Source: an uncultured cyanobacterium
Lineage (GTDB): Bacteria; Cyanobacteriota; Cyanobacteriia; PCC-6307; Cyanobiaceae
Assembly: GCA_913047395.1 (NCBI GenBank)
Contig: CAJWUF010000001.1
Span: forward strand, 18,767 to 82,766
Direction: 5' to 3'
DNA: 64,000 nt
This document shows positions 43,342-53,316 of this stretch, piece by piece. The position numbers and the translations under genes are program-made. Under the pieces are notes generated by a model that worked only from the letters and a program-made list of their open reading frames with translations, did not search any database and had not been told where the DNA came from. Within the stretch, counting starts at the first letter, position 1, and each line of letters opens with the position of its first letter.

Positions 43342-43896
43342 ATGAAATTAAATCCTTTCTGTAGTTCTAAGCATCATTTGCGCAAGGTATTATTAGCATT
43401 GACATGCGGCGCCCTTCCTCTGCTGACTGCATGTGGTAGCGATAAGATAGTGGGGATATATGAAATCCATCCTAATCGTGTTGGTAGGCCAATAGGTTTT
43501 ATCAAGCTTAAAGATACAAATGCGGGTTTGCTGATTGAATCAAACCTTAAGAATTTAACTCCCGGTGAACACGCATTTCACATTCATGAAGGCAACACGT
43601 GCGCAGCAGGGATTAAAGATGGAATAGCCATCGCTGGCTTCGGTGCAGAAGGCCACTGGGATCCAGATGAAAACGATTCCCATCAGGGGCCTGATGGTGA
43701 AGGACATCGAGGTGATCTAGCTAATCTAATTGTCTCAAATTATAAAACTGCAACTACACCACAAACTGCTTCGAGGATTAAGCTCTTGGAAATTATAAAT
43801 AAGTCTCTGGTGATTCATTCAGGAAAGGACGACTACACAGATAATCCTTCTTCAGGAGGTAGTGGAGAACAAATAGCTTGTGGTGTGATTAAATAG
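43342..43896 (+). CDS. sodC: Cu/Zn superoxide dismutase, lipoprotein
   Basis: LTAC lipobox; FHIH, GHWDP, HQGP, HRGDL, VIH metal ligands; C-terminal IACGVI. Confidence 0.92.
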   Translation: MKLNPFCSSKHHLRKVLLALTCGALPLLTACGSDKIVGIYEIHPNRVGRPIGFIKLKDTNAGLLIESNLKNLTPGEHAFHIHEGNTCAAGIKDGIAIAGFGAEGHWDPDENDSHQGPDGEGHRGDLANLIVSNYKTATTPQTASRIKLLEIINKSLVIHSGKDDYTDNPSSGGSGEQIACGVIK

Positions 43897-44042
43897 GGAA
43901 ACAAGTTAAAGGTATACAAACAAGAATACTGACCATTATAGTTATAAAAAATTATGAGGATGCTCAAGCACTGAATACAGGGTATTCAACAAGCCTCAAA
44001 GAGGTGCTTCTTGCAAGTCCTTGAGCGTTGCAATGAAGAACA

Positions 44043-44396
44043 TCAACCGTATGGATCACCAAGCGAAAAAAGCTCATCCTCAAGGCCAGCTACAAACTTT
44101 AGATTAGATCGAGGGTAAGCAACGCAAAGAAGGATAAAACCCTTTTCATGACACTCAGGTGCGCAGACACTTCCCTCGCCAAGTTCAACCTTACCTTCAG
44201 ATAGCTTTGCTGCACATGTCGTGCACATACCAACGCCGCATGAATTCGGCAAGGGCACTCCAGCCTCTTCTGCAGCGCTTAGGACTGTCTGAGTTGATTT
44301 GCATGGAAAATCATAGTGATCAGAACCTAGAAGAATGTGGACATTAAATTTGAGCTCGGAAGGCGATGACAAATGAGCGGTAATAGTTGATCCCAT
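44043..44396 (-). CDS. 2Fe-2S ferredoxin (plant-type fold)
   Basis: C-X4-C-X2-C (CGVGMCTTC) ... LLCVAYPRS. Confidence 0.92.
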   Translation of the reverse strand: MGSTITAHLSSPSELKFNVHILLGSDHYDFPCKSTQTVLSAAEEAGVPLPNSCGVGMCTTCAAKLSEGKVELGEGSVCAPECHEKGFILLCVAYPRSNLKFVAGLEDELFSLGDPYG

Positions 44397-44499
44397 CAGG
44401 CTCTCCTAGGCTGCGGACGGCGCTAGCGATCTAATTGCTTCGTCATGCTAGCACAATACAATGATATTGAGCTAGCCGAGGCTTTGCCTGTTGGCGAGA

Positions 44500-44753
44500 A
44501 TGAAGTCATCGAGCACCACTAGCCATTCGTTTATTAGCGAGTTTTCTCTAACATTAAGAATGTCCACATTATTCAAAACGTTGTCAGCACCAAACCATTT
44601 AGCTGTGATTAGGGCGATTAGACATGAGCCCATCAATGTGATGTCCATCGCATTAAAAACTAACTTAAAGAATCCGCGGTATCCAATCACCTAAAGAAAC
44701 TAACCATCGCTGGCATAGCGAATAAAAATAAAGAAGGTTGGCTTATCTATTAG
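44500..44753 (+). pseudogene. ArsR/SmtB-family HTH regulator, frameshifted
   Basis: frame A gives LFKTLSAPNHLAVIRAIRHEPINVMSIALKTNL; one missing A at 44667-44669; next frame gives ESAVSNHLKKLTIAGIANKNKEGWLIY then TAG at 44751. Confidence 0.72.
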
Positions 44754-44925
44754 CAATCATTGGATATAAGCTCAAACGCAAGCGGCCTCCACTTCAACGC
44801 ATCCAGCAAATAACGATATGAGAGTATTGAGAAATATTTAAACTATGATTCATTTGATTGCATTAAATGTAAAAGCCCATAAAAATAAGCTATAAATTTA
44901 AGGTACATCACCTGTAATTGAGCTT

Positions 44926-45087
44926 GTGATCCCTCCACTTGAGTGGCATAAGTCAAGAGTCGAATGGGCTCAGCAAAAGTTTAAGGTCAGCGACTATGGC
45001 ATCTTTTGGGTTGGCTTCGGCGAAGGTGTTCTACTCGGAGCACTAGGAGTTTTAGCTATCACAATCTTCATGAAGTCGCTCGTCTAA
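44926..45087 (+). CDS. putative 53-aa membrane microprotein
   Basis: manual translation from GTG: MIPPLEWHKSRVEWAQQKFKVSDYGIFWVGFGEGVLLGALGVLAITIFMKSLV*; amphipathic N-terminal part plus a TM helix. Confidence 0.6.
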   Translation: MIPPLEWHKSRVEWAQQKFKVSDYGIFWVGFGEGVLLGALGVLAITIFMKSLV

Positions 45088-45261
45088 ATCAAGTCAGACA
45101 AATCATTCTGAATAATTCCAAGCTTTACAAGAAAGGAGCCATACAAGAAAAACAGCTAAAACCTAGATAAAAAGCATTGGGCTATTAAAGCTCTAAACAC
45201 CCAAGAGCTCAAAGAGCACTAGATATATGCCATAACTTCAGTCCAGCTTGCAGCCGAACCA

Positions 45262-45993
45262 TTAAAGACCGCCAGCAGCAGCCTCATCTGCTAACACAAG
45301 AATCGACGAGCGAGGTTGCACCAAACGTGCAGGCGTACGTTCAGGTGACTCAGCAGGATCTAGTAACCGCTTCAAGGCAACCTGCTTGCCCACACCACTT
45401 ACTAAAAAGATCACCTCGCGAGCTGAACTAAGCACCGGAGCCGTAAGAGTGATTCTCTCTAGCCCTTTGCCACGGCCAACAGTGACCCATTGATCAACTA
45501 CAGCGGGTGCTTCAGTTCCTGGAAATAATGAAGCCGTATGACCATCATCACCAAGGCCCAACAACATCAAATCAAATACTGGAGGATTACCTCCACAAGC
45601 CTCCTGCACCATGGTCGCGTAAGCCTCAGCACTGGCCTCAGGACTTGTTAGCTCCACTGTTGGCACTGGATGAAATGCCGCCTGAGATCCAGGTCCAGCA
45701 GCAAGCAGAGTCGAGCGCAACATACGGGCATTGCTTGCCTCATCACTGGAGTCAACCCAGCGCTCATCACCAAGGAAAACATCCACCCGATCCCAGGGCA
45801 AATGCTCCTGAGCCAACAACTTATAGGCAACAGCAGGTGTATTGCCTCCAGAGAGGGCAATCTGAGCTCTATCCCGCTGATCAAGAGCTAGATCAATATA
45901 AGTAGCAATACTCTGGGCGGCACGACGTGCAAGCTCCTGTGGATCACTAGCTAACTCGACTTTGTAGGTAGTCATCACAAGCTCCTCAGTCAA
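45262..45993 (-). CDS. pgl: 6-phosphogluconolactonase
   Basis: LSGGNTP, GDERWV, LGLGDDGHTASLFP, RITLT; coupled to gnd. Confidence 0.95.
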   Translation of the reverse strand: MTEELVMTTYKVELASDPQELARRAAQSIATYIDLALDQRDRAQIALSGGNTPAVAYKLLAQEHLPWDRVDVFLGDERWVDSSDEASNARMLRSTLLAAGPGSQAAFHPVPTVELTSPEASAEAYATMVQEACGGNPPVFDLMLLGLGDDGHTASLFPGTEAPAVVDQWVTVGRGKGLERITLTAPVLSSAREVIFLVSGVGKQVALKRLLDPAESPERTPARLVQPRSSILVLADEAAAGGL

Positions 45994-47404
45994 GCCACTC
46001 TGTATGGAAGGTGCCGTCCTTGTCTACTCGCTGGTAGGTATGTGACCCGAAGCAATCGCGCATTGCTTGAACCAAATTCTGCGGTAAACGTGCCGTGCGA
46101 TAGCTATTTATGTAATCAAGCGTGCTGCTCAGGCAAGGGACTGGGATACCGCTTTCCGCAGCTCCAGCTACCACCTTTGCCAAGCCTGGTAGGCGACGGT
46201 CAACCTGTTCGGCGAACCAAGGATCGATCAGCAAGTTGGCAAGCTGAGGGTCAACATTGAAAGCATCCTGAATACGCTTTAGGAGACGGGCACGAATGAT
46301 GCAACCACCCTTCCAAATTTGTGCAATCGAGGGCATATGCAAGTTGTAGTTGTATTCAGCAGAAGCAATCCGTAGCAGCTCCATACCCTGGGCGTAACTA
46401 GCCATGCAGGCAAGCACAACGGCGTCCATAAGTGGTGCCATGTCATCTGCCGGGCTACCAAGATCGAATGGCCTAATCGGCGATCCATGCAGAATCGGCT
46501 CGGCGGCAACCCTCTGAGACTTCATCGAACTCATCACGCGGCCATTTAGAGAGGCATAGATAGTTGGTACTGAAGCACCCAACTCCAATGCACTCACGAC
46601 TGTCCAAAGACCAGTGCCTTTCTGGCCGGCCTTATCCATGATCTTCTCAACAAGATCACTGCCATCTTCAGGGTCTTTGGTGCGCAAACACACTTCGGTG
46701 ATCTCAACTAGATAAGAAGAGAGCTCTTCTGTGGCATTCCAATTGGCCAAAACATCGGCCATCTGGGTACCGGTCATGCCACCAACGCGCTTCATCAGGT
46801 CATAAGCCTCAGCCAGAATCTGCTCAATGCCGTACTCGATACCGTTGTGGACGGTTTTAACGAAATGGCCAGATCCTCCTGGACCGATATAGGTCACACA
46901 GGGACCATCTTCTACTTGTGCTGCCATCTTGCGAACAAGGCTCTCAATGGCGTCATAAGAGGCCTTTGTTCCGCCAGGCATCATGCTCGGCCCTTCAAGT
47001 GCGCCCTTTGCCCCACCGGATACACCCATGCCGATATAGCCAAAACTCTTGCTCTCCAACTGGGCAACACGTCTTTCGGTATCGCGAAATTCGGAGTTTC
47101 CACCATCAATTAATAAATCGCCCTCTTGCAAATATGGGGATATCTGATCGATCACCGCATCAGTAGCCGCACCAGCCTTGATCATCATCAAGATCCGACG
47201 CGGACGTTCAAGCTTGTCGACAAATTCCTGAAGGTCTTTAGCACCCTGTATTTTTTTGCCAGCTCCACGCCCTTTAAGGAACTCCTCAGTTTTGGAGTAA
47301 GTGCGGTTGTAAACAACACTAGTAAAACCATTGCGCTCAGCGTTGAGCACAAGATTTTCACCCATCACGCCAAGACCGATCAAACCGAAATGTGCCTTGG
47401 ACAT
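45986..47404 (-). CDS. gnd: 6-phosphogluconate dehydrogenase (decarboxylating)
   Basis: GLGVMG, DGGN, VHNGIEYG, QKGTG, RDCFGSHTY; start taken at ATG 47404. Confidence 0.97.
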   Translation of the reverse strand: MSKAHFGLIGLGVMGENLVLNAERNGFTSVVYNRTYSKTEEFLKGRGAGKKIQGAKDLQEFVDKLERPRRILMMIKAGAATDAVIDQISPYLQEGDLLIDGGNSEFRDTERRVAQLESKSFGYIGMGVSGGAKGALEGPSMMPGGTKASYDAIESLVRKMAAQVEDGPCVTYIGPGGSGHFVKTVHNGIEYGIEQILAEAYDLMKRVGGMTGTQMADVLANWNATEELSSYLVEITEVCLRTKDPEDGSDLVEKIMDKAGQKGTGLWTVVSALELGASVPTIYASLNGRVMSSMKSQRVAAEPILHGSPIRPFDLGSPADDMAPLMDAVVLACMASYAQGMELLRIASAEYNYNLHMPSIAQIWKGGCIIRARLLKRIQDAFNVDPQLANLLIDPWFAEQVDRRLPGLAKVVAGAAESGIPVPCLSSTLDYINSYRTARLPQNLVQAMRDCFGSHTYQRVDKDGTFHTEWLD

Positions 47405-47568
47405 CGCCGCTAAACCATCAACTGGCGTCAGTGTGCCCATGGCAACCCCAATCTGCTGCGATCTGGATTGCTATGTCAGGGTTGAACCATCCTCACTGTT
47501 GAAAAGAAAGCCTATTTTTAAACAGCAAAGTCTTCTAAAATCAGCTATTTGCATAGCCTTGCTCAGAG

Positions 47569-48864
47569 TTAAATCACGGTGCCATCAGAAATGGTGGCAT
47601 TTTTAACCACCACAATGATCCCATTACGGATATAGAAGCCTTGATCAGCACGATCGGCCTCCTCAACATTGTCCTTGTTGACGATCGTGACGTTATTGCC
47701 GATACGCGTGTTCTTATCGAGGATGGCTCGCTTGACCGTGGTGCCCTGACCAACGCCTAAAGGAATACCTCCGCCCTGCCTAAGAAGGGTGCGCTCCTCG
47801 GATGATTCAAAGAAATCAGATCCCATCAACAGGGAATCCTGCAAAACCACATCGCTCTCGACCCTGCTGCGCACGCCAAGTACGCAATGGTGAATGCTGC
47901 ATGATTTGAGAATGGATCCCTCGCCAATAATCGATTCCGTGATTTGCGCGTCTACAAGCTTGGTAGGGGGTAGATAACGCGGACGGGTGTATATCGGGAA
48001 TTTCTCGTCATAGAAACTGAACGGAGGAGAGGGCTGCATAGTCAGCGCCAAATTCGCCTCATAAAAAGCCCCGATAGTGCCGATGTCTTCCCAGTAATCA
48101 TCAAACACGTAACTTTTAAGTTTGTCACCGCGAGCCAGTGACTCTGGGATCACCTCCTTGCCAAAATCCTTGTGAGTGGGGTTCTTATGCAATAAATCAA
48201 ACAAAGTATTCCGACTGAAGACATAGATCCCCATCGAAGCGAGATAGGGCTTCTCTTGTGCTGATTCCTGTGAAAGACCAAAGCGAGAGGTATCTACAGC
48301 CATGGTCTTCAATGAATCACCCTTGGGCTTTTCACGAAACTCCTTGATATTGCCATCGCTATCTGTGCGCATCAGACCGAATGACTCTGCCTGCTCTGCA
48401 TCTACAGGAAGAGCTGCCACAGTGAGATCAGCTCCTGACTGACGGTGGTGCTCCACAAAAAGGCTGTAATCCATACGGTAGAGCTGATCACCAGAAAGGA
48501 TTAGATATTCATCAACATCCCATTCCTGAAACAACCACTGATATTTACGAACTGCATCTGCAGTTCCCTCAAACCATGAAGGGCTTTCTGGGGTTTGCTG
48601 TGCCGCAAGAACTTCTACAAATCCCTGCCCGAAAGCAGCACTGAGGTTGTAACTCTGACTGAGGTGCCGGTTGAGAGAAGCGCTGTTGAACTGTGTCAAC
48701 ACGTACATCTTGTTGATGCTCGAGTTGATGCAGTTACTAATTGGGATATCAATTAAGCGATACTTGCCCGCCAGTGGTACGGCAGGCTTAGCCCGCATTT
48801 TAGTCAGGGGATAGAGGCGCGTTCCTGCTCCTCCTCCAAGAATGATGGCCAAAACACGCTTCAT
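47569..48864 (-). CDS. glgC: glucose-1-phosphate adenylyltransferase
   Basis: [38 protein letters not shown]. Confidence 0.97.
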   Translation of the reverse strand: MKRVLAIILGGGAGTRLYPLTKMRAKPAVPLAGKYRLIDIPISNCINSSINKMYVLTQFNSASLNRHLSQSYNLSAAFGQGFVEVLAAQQTPESPSWFEGTADAVRKYQWLFQEWDVDEYLILSGDQLYRMDYSLFVEHHRQSGADLTVAALPVDAEQAESFGLMRTDSDGNIKEFREKPKGDSLKTMAVDTSRFGLSQESAQEKPYLASMGIYVFSRNTLFDLLHKNPTHKDFGKEVIPESLARGDKLKSYVFDDYWEDIGTIGAFYEANLALTMQPSPPFSFYDEKFPIYTRPRYLPPTKLVDAQITESIIGEGSILKSCSIHHCVLGVRSRVESDVVLQDSLLMGSDFFESSEERTLLRQGGGIPLGVGQGTTVKRAILDKNTRIGNNVTIVNKDNVEEADRADQGFYIRNGIIVVVKNATISDGTVI

Positions 48865-48987
48865 GCCGCCCCCGCAAATCGGCGTTGCGCAGCAAACTTA
48901 CTGGACGGCTGACCATCTAAAGCTGCCTGCGGCAAATATCCAACAAGACTTCTACGAGTCGAAACGCGACCAATAATCAAAACAGGC

Positions 48988-50298
48988 CTAACCATCCTCT
49001 TGTGGAGCGTCCAGCTCAAACAAACACTCAACCACACGTAGTGCCTCTTGTCGCTCTGGACGGGCCTGAGGAGCGCGTAGCTGGGTTACGGGAGTGTGGA
49101 GAATTTTATTAATAATCCCCTTACTCAAAGCCTCGACCACCTTGCGCTCACGAGCGGAAAAATCTGGTCCCATACGACTGAGGGCTTTTTGCAATTCCTC
49201 TGCTCGAATAGCCTCAAGAGAAGCCCGCAAGCGATTGATCGTTGGCACTGCTTCCAGGCTGTCCCACCACTCTAAGAACAGTCGCGTCTCTTCTTGCAGA
49301 ACAACCTCGGCTTCACGGGCTATCTGCTGACGGGCCTCCTGATTGCGAGAGACCACCTCATGAAGATCATCTACATCGTGAGCCTCAATACCAGGCACCT
49401 CGGCAACATCTGAAGCGATGTTGCGTGGCACACCAATATCAATAAGACGTAGAAAACTACGACGTTTCAGCTGGGTTAACAAAGCTGCATCGACGATCGG
49501 ATCATCAGCAGCCGTGCTGGTAAATACCAGTGAACAAGTGCTCAGACAGTGATTCAAATCATCAAGAGAGCGACACTCAACGGGTAGATCAGGAAAGTCA
49601 GCAGAGAGAGACTCAGCCCTTTGCATCGTGCGATTTAGCAACATCACCCCTGAGCAACCCTTCGCCTGAAGGTGTTGAAGCAGTAATCGACTCATACGGC
49701 CCGCACCCACCACAGCAACCAATTCCGATTCAAGGCTCACTAACTGATCTTCACCACGAGACTGACCGAGTTTCAGTTGTGCCAACTCCACAGCAGCTGA
49801 GCTAATCGATACGGCACCCGTTCCCAAGTTGGTTTCGCTGCGTACGCGCTTGCCTGTGCTCACCGCCTGAGTAAGCAGACGGTTGAGAATCGGACCCATC
49901 GATTTATGTTCCTGCCCCAAACGCACCATTTTCTTGACCTGGGAAAGGATCTGCCCCTCTCCTAAAACCAGGCTGTCAAGACCAGCGGCCACCCTCATCA
50001 GGTGAGCGACAGCCTCGTCATGGTGATAATTAAATAAATGGGGAGATAGATCTTCCTTTGCCAGACCAGAGTGTTTACCAAGAAAGTCGCTAATGGCTGA
50101 GATACCCCTTTCAGGGTGACGAACCAAGGTATAAATCTCTAGCCGATTACATGTACTGAGTATCGAAACCTCTAGAACCTGTTCATCACCCCGCAAAGTC
50201 TGCAGGGAGGTCTCCATGGTTTGCTCAGGGATACTGAGCTTCTCACGGATTTCCACCGGCGCCGTGCGATGACTCAAGCCGACCACGGCAATGTGCAT
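48988..50298 (-). CDS. hemA: glutamyl-tRNA reductase
   Basis: LSTCNRLE, GLDSLVLGEGQIL, GAGRM, DIGVPRNI. Confidence 0.97.
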   Translation of the reverse strand: MHIAVVGLSHRTAPVEIREKLSIPEQTMETSLQTLRGDEQVLEVSILSTCNRLEIYTLVRHPERGISAISDFLGKHSGLAKEDLSPHLFNYHHDEAVAHLMRVAAGLDSLVLGEGQILSQVKKMVRLGQEHKSMGPILNRLLTQAVSTGKRVRSETNLGTGAVSISSAAVELAQLKLGQSRGEDQLVSLESELVAVVGAGRMSRLLLQHLQAKGCSGVMLLNRTMQRAESLSADFPDLPVECRSLDDLNHCLSTCSLVFTSTAADDPIVDAALLTQLKRRSFLRLIDIGVPRNIASDVAEVPGIEAHDVDDLHEVVSRNQEARQQIAREAEVVLQEETRLFLEWWDSLEAVPTINRLRASLEAIRAEELQKALSRMGPDFSARERKVVEALSKGIINKILHTPVTQLRAPQARPERQEALRVVECLFELDAPQEDG

Positions 50299-50330
50299 GG
50301 AGACCTTCCTTGGATCCTGTCGTAGGGCGG

Positions 50331-51335
50331 TCAGCTAAGAGCAATGCTCTTAGCGCCTTCCTTGATATGCACGGTATTGGTAAACCGAGCTGAGTTGTCA
50401 AGAGTGCTGATCACCAAGCTGCTAGTGCGGGTGCAGTCAGGCTCGAACTTAACTCCATGGAACAGCAAGCCATCAGTGATGCCACTCCCAGCGAAGACAA
50501 CATTTTGACCAGAAGCCAATTCACTGGCCTCATAAATCTTGTCCACATCGGTGATGCCCATCTCATTTAGGCGAGCAATATTGCCTTCCTTGGTGTAGTC
50601 GGCCCACTCACTTGTTTGAGCAATGGCAGGGTCGTACACCAACTGACCCTGAAAATGCCCGCCAAGTGCACGCATCGCAGCTGCTGAAATCACACCCTCT
50701 GGAGCTGCTCCGATGCCCATCAAGCAGTGGGTACCAGTACCAGCAAAACCACAAGCAATAGCAGCTTGTACATCTCCATCGGAAATGGGTTGCACACGAG
50801 CACCAGTGGCACGTATTTCAGCAATCAGATCTTTATGACGAGCTCTATCCATGACAACAATGGTGAGCTCACTGACAGCAAGCCCTAAACATTGGCTGAG
50901 GATATTGATGTTTTCGGTGGCGGACTTACGGATGTCCACCTTGCCCTTAGCCGCCGGGGGTGCCGCCAGCTTCTTCATATAAAAATCAGGAGCATTGAAA
51001 AGACCACCGCGATCGGAGGCAGCTAACACAGCCATCGAGCCACGCTGGCTGTTAGCGCAAAGATTTGTTCCCTCACAGGGATCAACAGCAAAGTCAACGC
51101 CTGGACCACTACCGCTGCCAACTTCTTCGCCGATATAAAGCATCGGAGCCTCATCTCGCTCTCCCTCTCCAATCACGATGCGACCCTGCATTTGGATCTG
51201 CCCCATGCGCTCACGCATGGCTTCCACAGCAGCAGCATCAGCTTCGTCCTTCTTTCCGAGACCGGTCAGATGTGCCGAAGCAATGGCCGCTTGCTCAACG
51301 ACCTCGAGAATTTCCTGAATAAGTGTGCGATCCAC
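50331..51335 (-). CDS. glpX: class II fructose-1,6-/sedoheptulose-1,7-bisphosphatase
   Basis: [32 protein letters not shown]. Confidence 0.96.
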   Translation of the reverse strand: MDRTLIQEILEVVEQAAIASAHLTGLGKKDEADAAAVEAMRERMGQIQMQGRIVIGEGERDEAPMLYIGEEVGSGSGPGVDFAVDPCEGTNLCANSQRGSMAVLAASDRGGLFNAPDFYMKKLAAPPAAKGKVDIRKSATENINILSQCLGLAVSELTIVVMDRARHKDLIAEIRATGARVQPISDGDVQAAIACGFAGTGTHCLMGIGAAPEGVISAAAMRALGGHFQGQLVYDPAIAQTSEWADYTKEGNIARLNEMGITDVDKIYEASELASGQNVVFAGSGITDGLLFHGVKFEPDCTRTSSLVISTLDNSARFTNTVHIKEGAKSIALS

Positions 51336-51549
51336 TGGTATGCGGCGGTGGGAAAGGTTGTGGCAACAAAAGAAGCGAGCAGGGCTGGACTGTTCTCACG
51401 TGCAAAACGGAATCCGCTTATCACGTGAAAGGACCCGATGCCGCAGTGGTTCTCGGCTCTAAAGCGCTGCTCACTGTATCAGTGCAGTCAACAAAGAAAA
51501 CCGCCGATACAGCCGATTCATAGAATCTCCCAGTCCTCAACACAGATCG

Positions 51550-52218
51550 ATGAGCACGAAGCCCCTGGTAATCGCCCCCTCGATCCTCTCTGCCGACTTC
51601 TCCCGCCTAGGAGAAGACGTTAAGGCTGTAGATCAAGCCGGAGCAGATTGGATTCATGTGGATGTGATGGACGGTCGTTTTGTGCCGAACATCACGATCG
51701 GCCCCTTGATCGTGGAAGCACTACGGCCTGTAACCAGCAAGCCCCTTGATGTCCACCTGATGATTGTGGAACCAGAAAGGTATGTAGGAGATTTCGCCAA
51801 AGCCGGCGCAGATCACATCTATGTGCAAGTTGAAGCGTGCCCGCACTTGCACCGCAACCTTGCGCAGATAAAGGACCTGGGCAAGAAAGCTGGTGCAGTG
51901 CTTAATCCAAGCACCCCTCTAGACACAATTGAGTACTGCCTAGAGCTTTGCGACCTGGTCTTGATCATGAGCGTCAATCCAGGCTTCGGTGGACAAAGCT
52001 TCATCGACAATCAAGTGCAAAAGATCCGCGACCTGCGCCGAATCTGCGACGAGAAGGGTCTCGATCCATGGATCGAAGTCGATGGAGGTATCAAAGCTGA
52101 GAATGCCTGGAAAGTAATTGAGGTTGGAGCAAACGCCATCGTGAGTGGTTCCGGTGTGTTCAACCAACCCGATTACGCCGAGGCAATCCGCGGCATCCGC
52201 AACAGCAAGCGACCTTGA
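51550..52218 (+). CDS. rpe: ribulose-phosphate 3-epimerase
   Basis: [36 protein letters not shown]. Confidence 0.97.
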   Translation: MSTKPLVIAPSILSADFSRLGEDVKAVDQAGADWIHVDVMDGRFVPNITIGPLIVEALRPVTSKPLDVHLMIVEPERYVGDFAKAGADHIYVQVEACPHLHRNLAQIKDLGKKAGAVLNPSTPLDTIEYCLELCDLVLIMSVNPGFGGQSFIDNQVQKIRDLRRICDEKGLDPWIEVDGGIKAENAWKVIEVGANAIVSGSGVFNQPDYAEAIRGIRNSKRP

Positions 52219-52262
52219 GTTGTTCTGGTCTTATCTAGAATCTTCAGGCTGATTACATCTCT

Positions 52263-52286
52263 TCCGCCCTTATCCTCCGGGGCGGA
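52263..52286. terminator. stem-loop between convergent rpe and ccsA
   Basis: TCCGCCC ... GGGCGGA inverted repeat. Confidence 0.45.
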
Positions 52287-52319
52287 TAGTTGTATCTGCA
52301 ACCAATTAATTGAAGAAGA

Positions 52320-53279
52320 TCAGGCCTCGAAGAACCAGCCATAACTATGCAAACCGATGCCAAGCAAATTCACACCGATATAACAAACAACTATCACCAC
52401 GATGCCCGCCACGGCAACTAAAGCAGGACGTCGCCCGCTCCAACCACGGCTAAAACGTGTATGCAGGTAAGCCGCATACACCAGCCAACAAATCAGAGCC
52501 CAGGTTTCTTTTGGATCCCAACTCCACCAACTCCCCCAAGCCTCATTCGCCCATACAGCACCACTAATCAAGCCAATCGTGAGCAACAAAAAGCCCACGG
52601 TAATAGTGCGATAACTAAGACTATCTAATTGTTCAGTACGACTCAAACTAATCGGACTCAGCTGCAGACCCTCACTCTGATCCAAAGCAGATTTAGCTAA
52701 CTTTGCCTGACGAAAGCCACCCGTTCCAATTGAACTGCTACGTAGCTCCAAAGTTTGCTGGCGATCAGTAAACAAAACCGCTACTGACAAGAAAGAACCA
52801 ACAAGCAGGGCAGCGTAACTGCACATGATTACGCTCACGTGCATCACCAGCCAACTTGAGCGAAGTGCCGGTACTAGAGGAGAGGCCTCCTGAAGAGTTT
52901 CTGGTAATGCAAAGCTGGCAAAAGACACACAAAGCAAAGCCATTGGTGTAGCAGCAGCTGAAACAATCGGCGAAGGCCAGGAGCGCTCCACCAACAACTG
53001 TGTGAGTGTGCAAGCCCAAGCGAGAAAACAGAGAGATTCGTAGAGGTTGCTAACTGGGAAATGACCCGACTGCCACCACCGCAAGATCAATTGAGCAGTA
53101 AGCACCAGGTTGGCCAAGGCCACTAGGACTCTCACAGCAGCAGAGCTAGTAGCCCCTGAAACCACCCAAAAAGCAATCGGCAGGGCAATCAACAGCAGTG
53201 CAAATGCCATCAGCCCCAAAGCCAAAACAGGATCGCCAAGAGAGGCAGAGAGGTCAGCCAACGTCACTCCTAAAACCAA
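52320..53279 (-). CDS. ccsA: cytochrome c biogenesis protein (system II, CcsA/CcsB)
   Basis: [35 protein letters not shown] (WWD domain), LHSYG. Confidence 0.95.
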   Translation of the reverse strand: MVLGVTLADLSASLGDPVLALGLMAFALLLIALPIAFWVVSGATSSAAVRVLVALANLVLTAQLILRWWQSGHFPVSNLYESLCFLAWACTLTQLLVERSWPSPIVSAAATPMALLCVSFASFALPETLQEASPLVPALRSSWLVMHVSVIMCSYAALLVGSFLSVAVLFTDRQQTLELRSSSIGTGGFRQAKLAKSALDQSEGLQLSPISLSRTEQLDSLSYRTITVGFLLLTIGLISGAVWANEAWGSWWSWDPKETWALICWLVYAAYLHTRFSRGWSGRRPALVAVAGIVVIVVCYIGVNLLGIGLHSYGWFFEA

Positions 53280-53316
53280 GTGCTTTAAGTCAATGATCTA
53301 ATTCTGCCGTTGCCAT

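Noticed and set aside
44472-44690. 72-aa minus-strand ORF
   Set aside because: Antisense to the better supported ArsR-type pseudogene.
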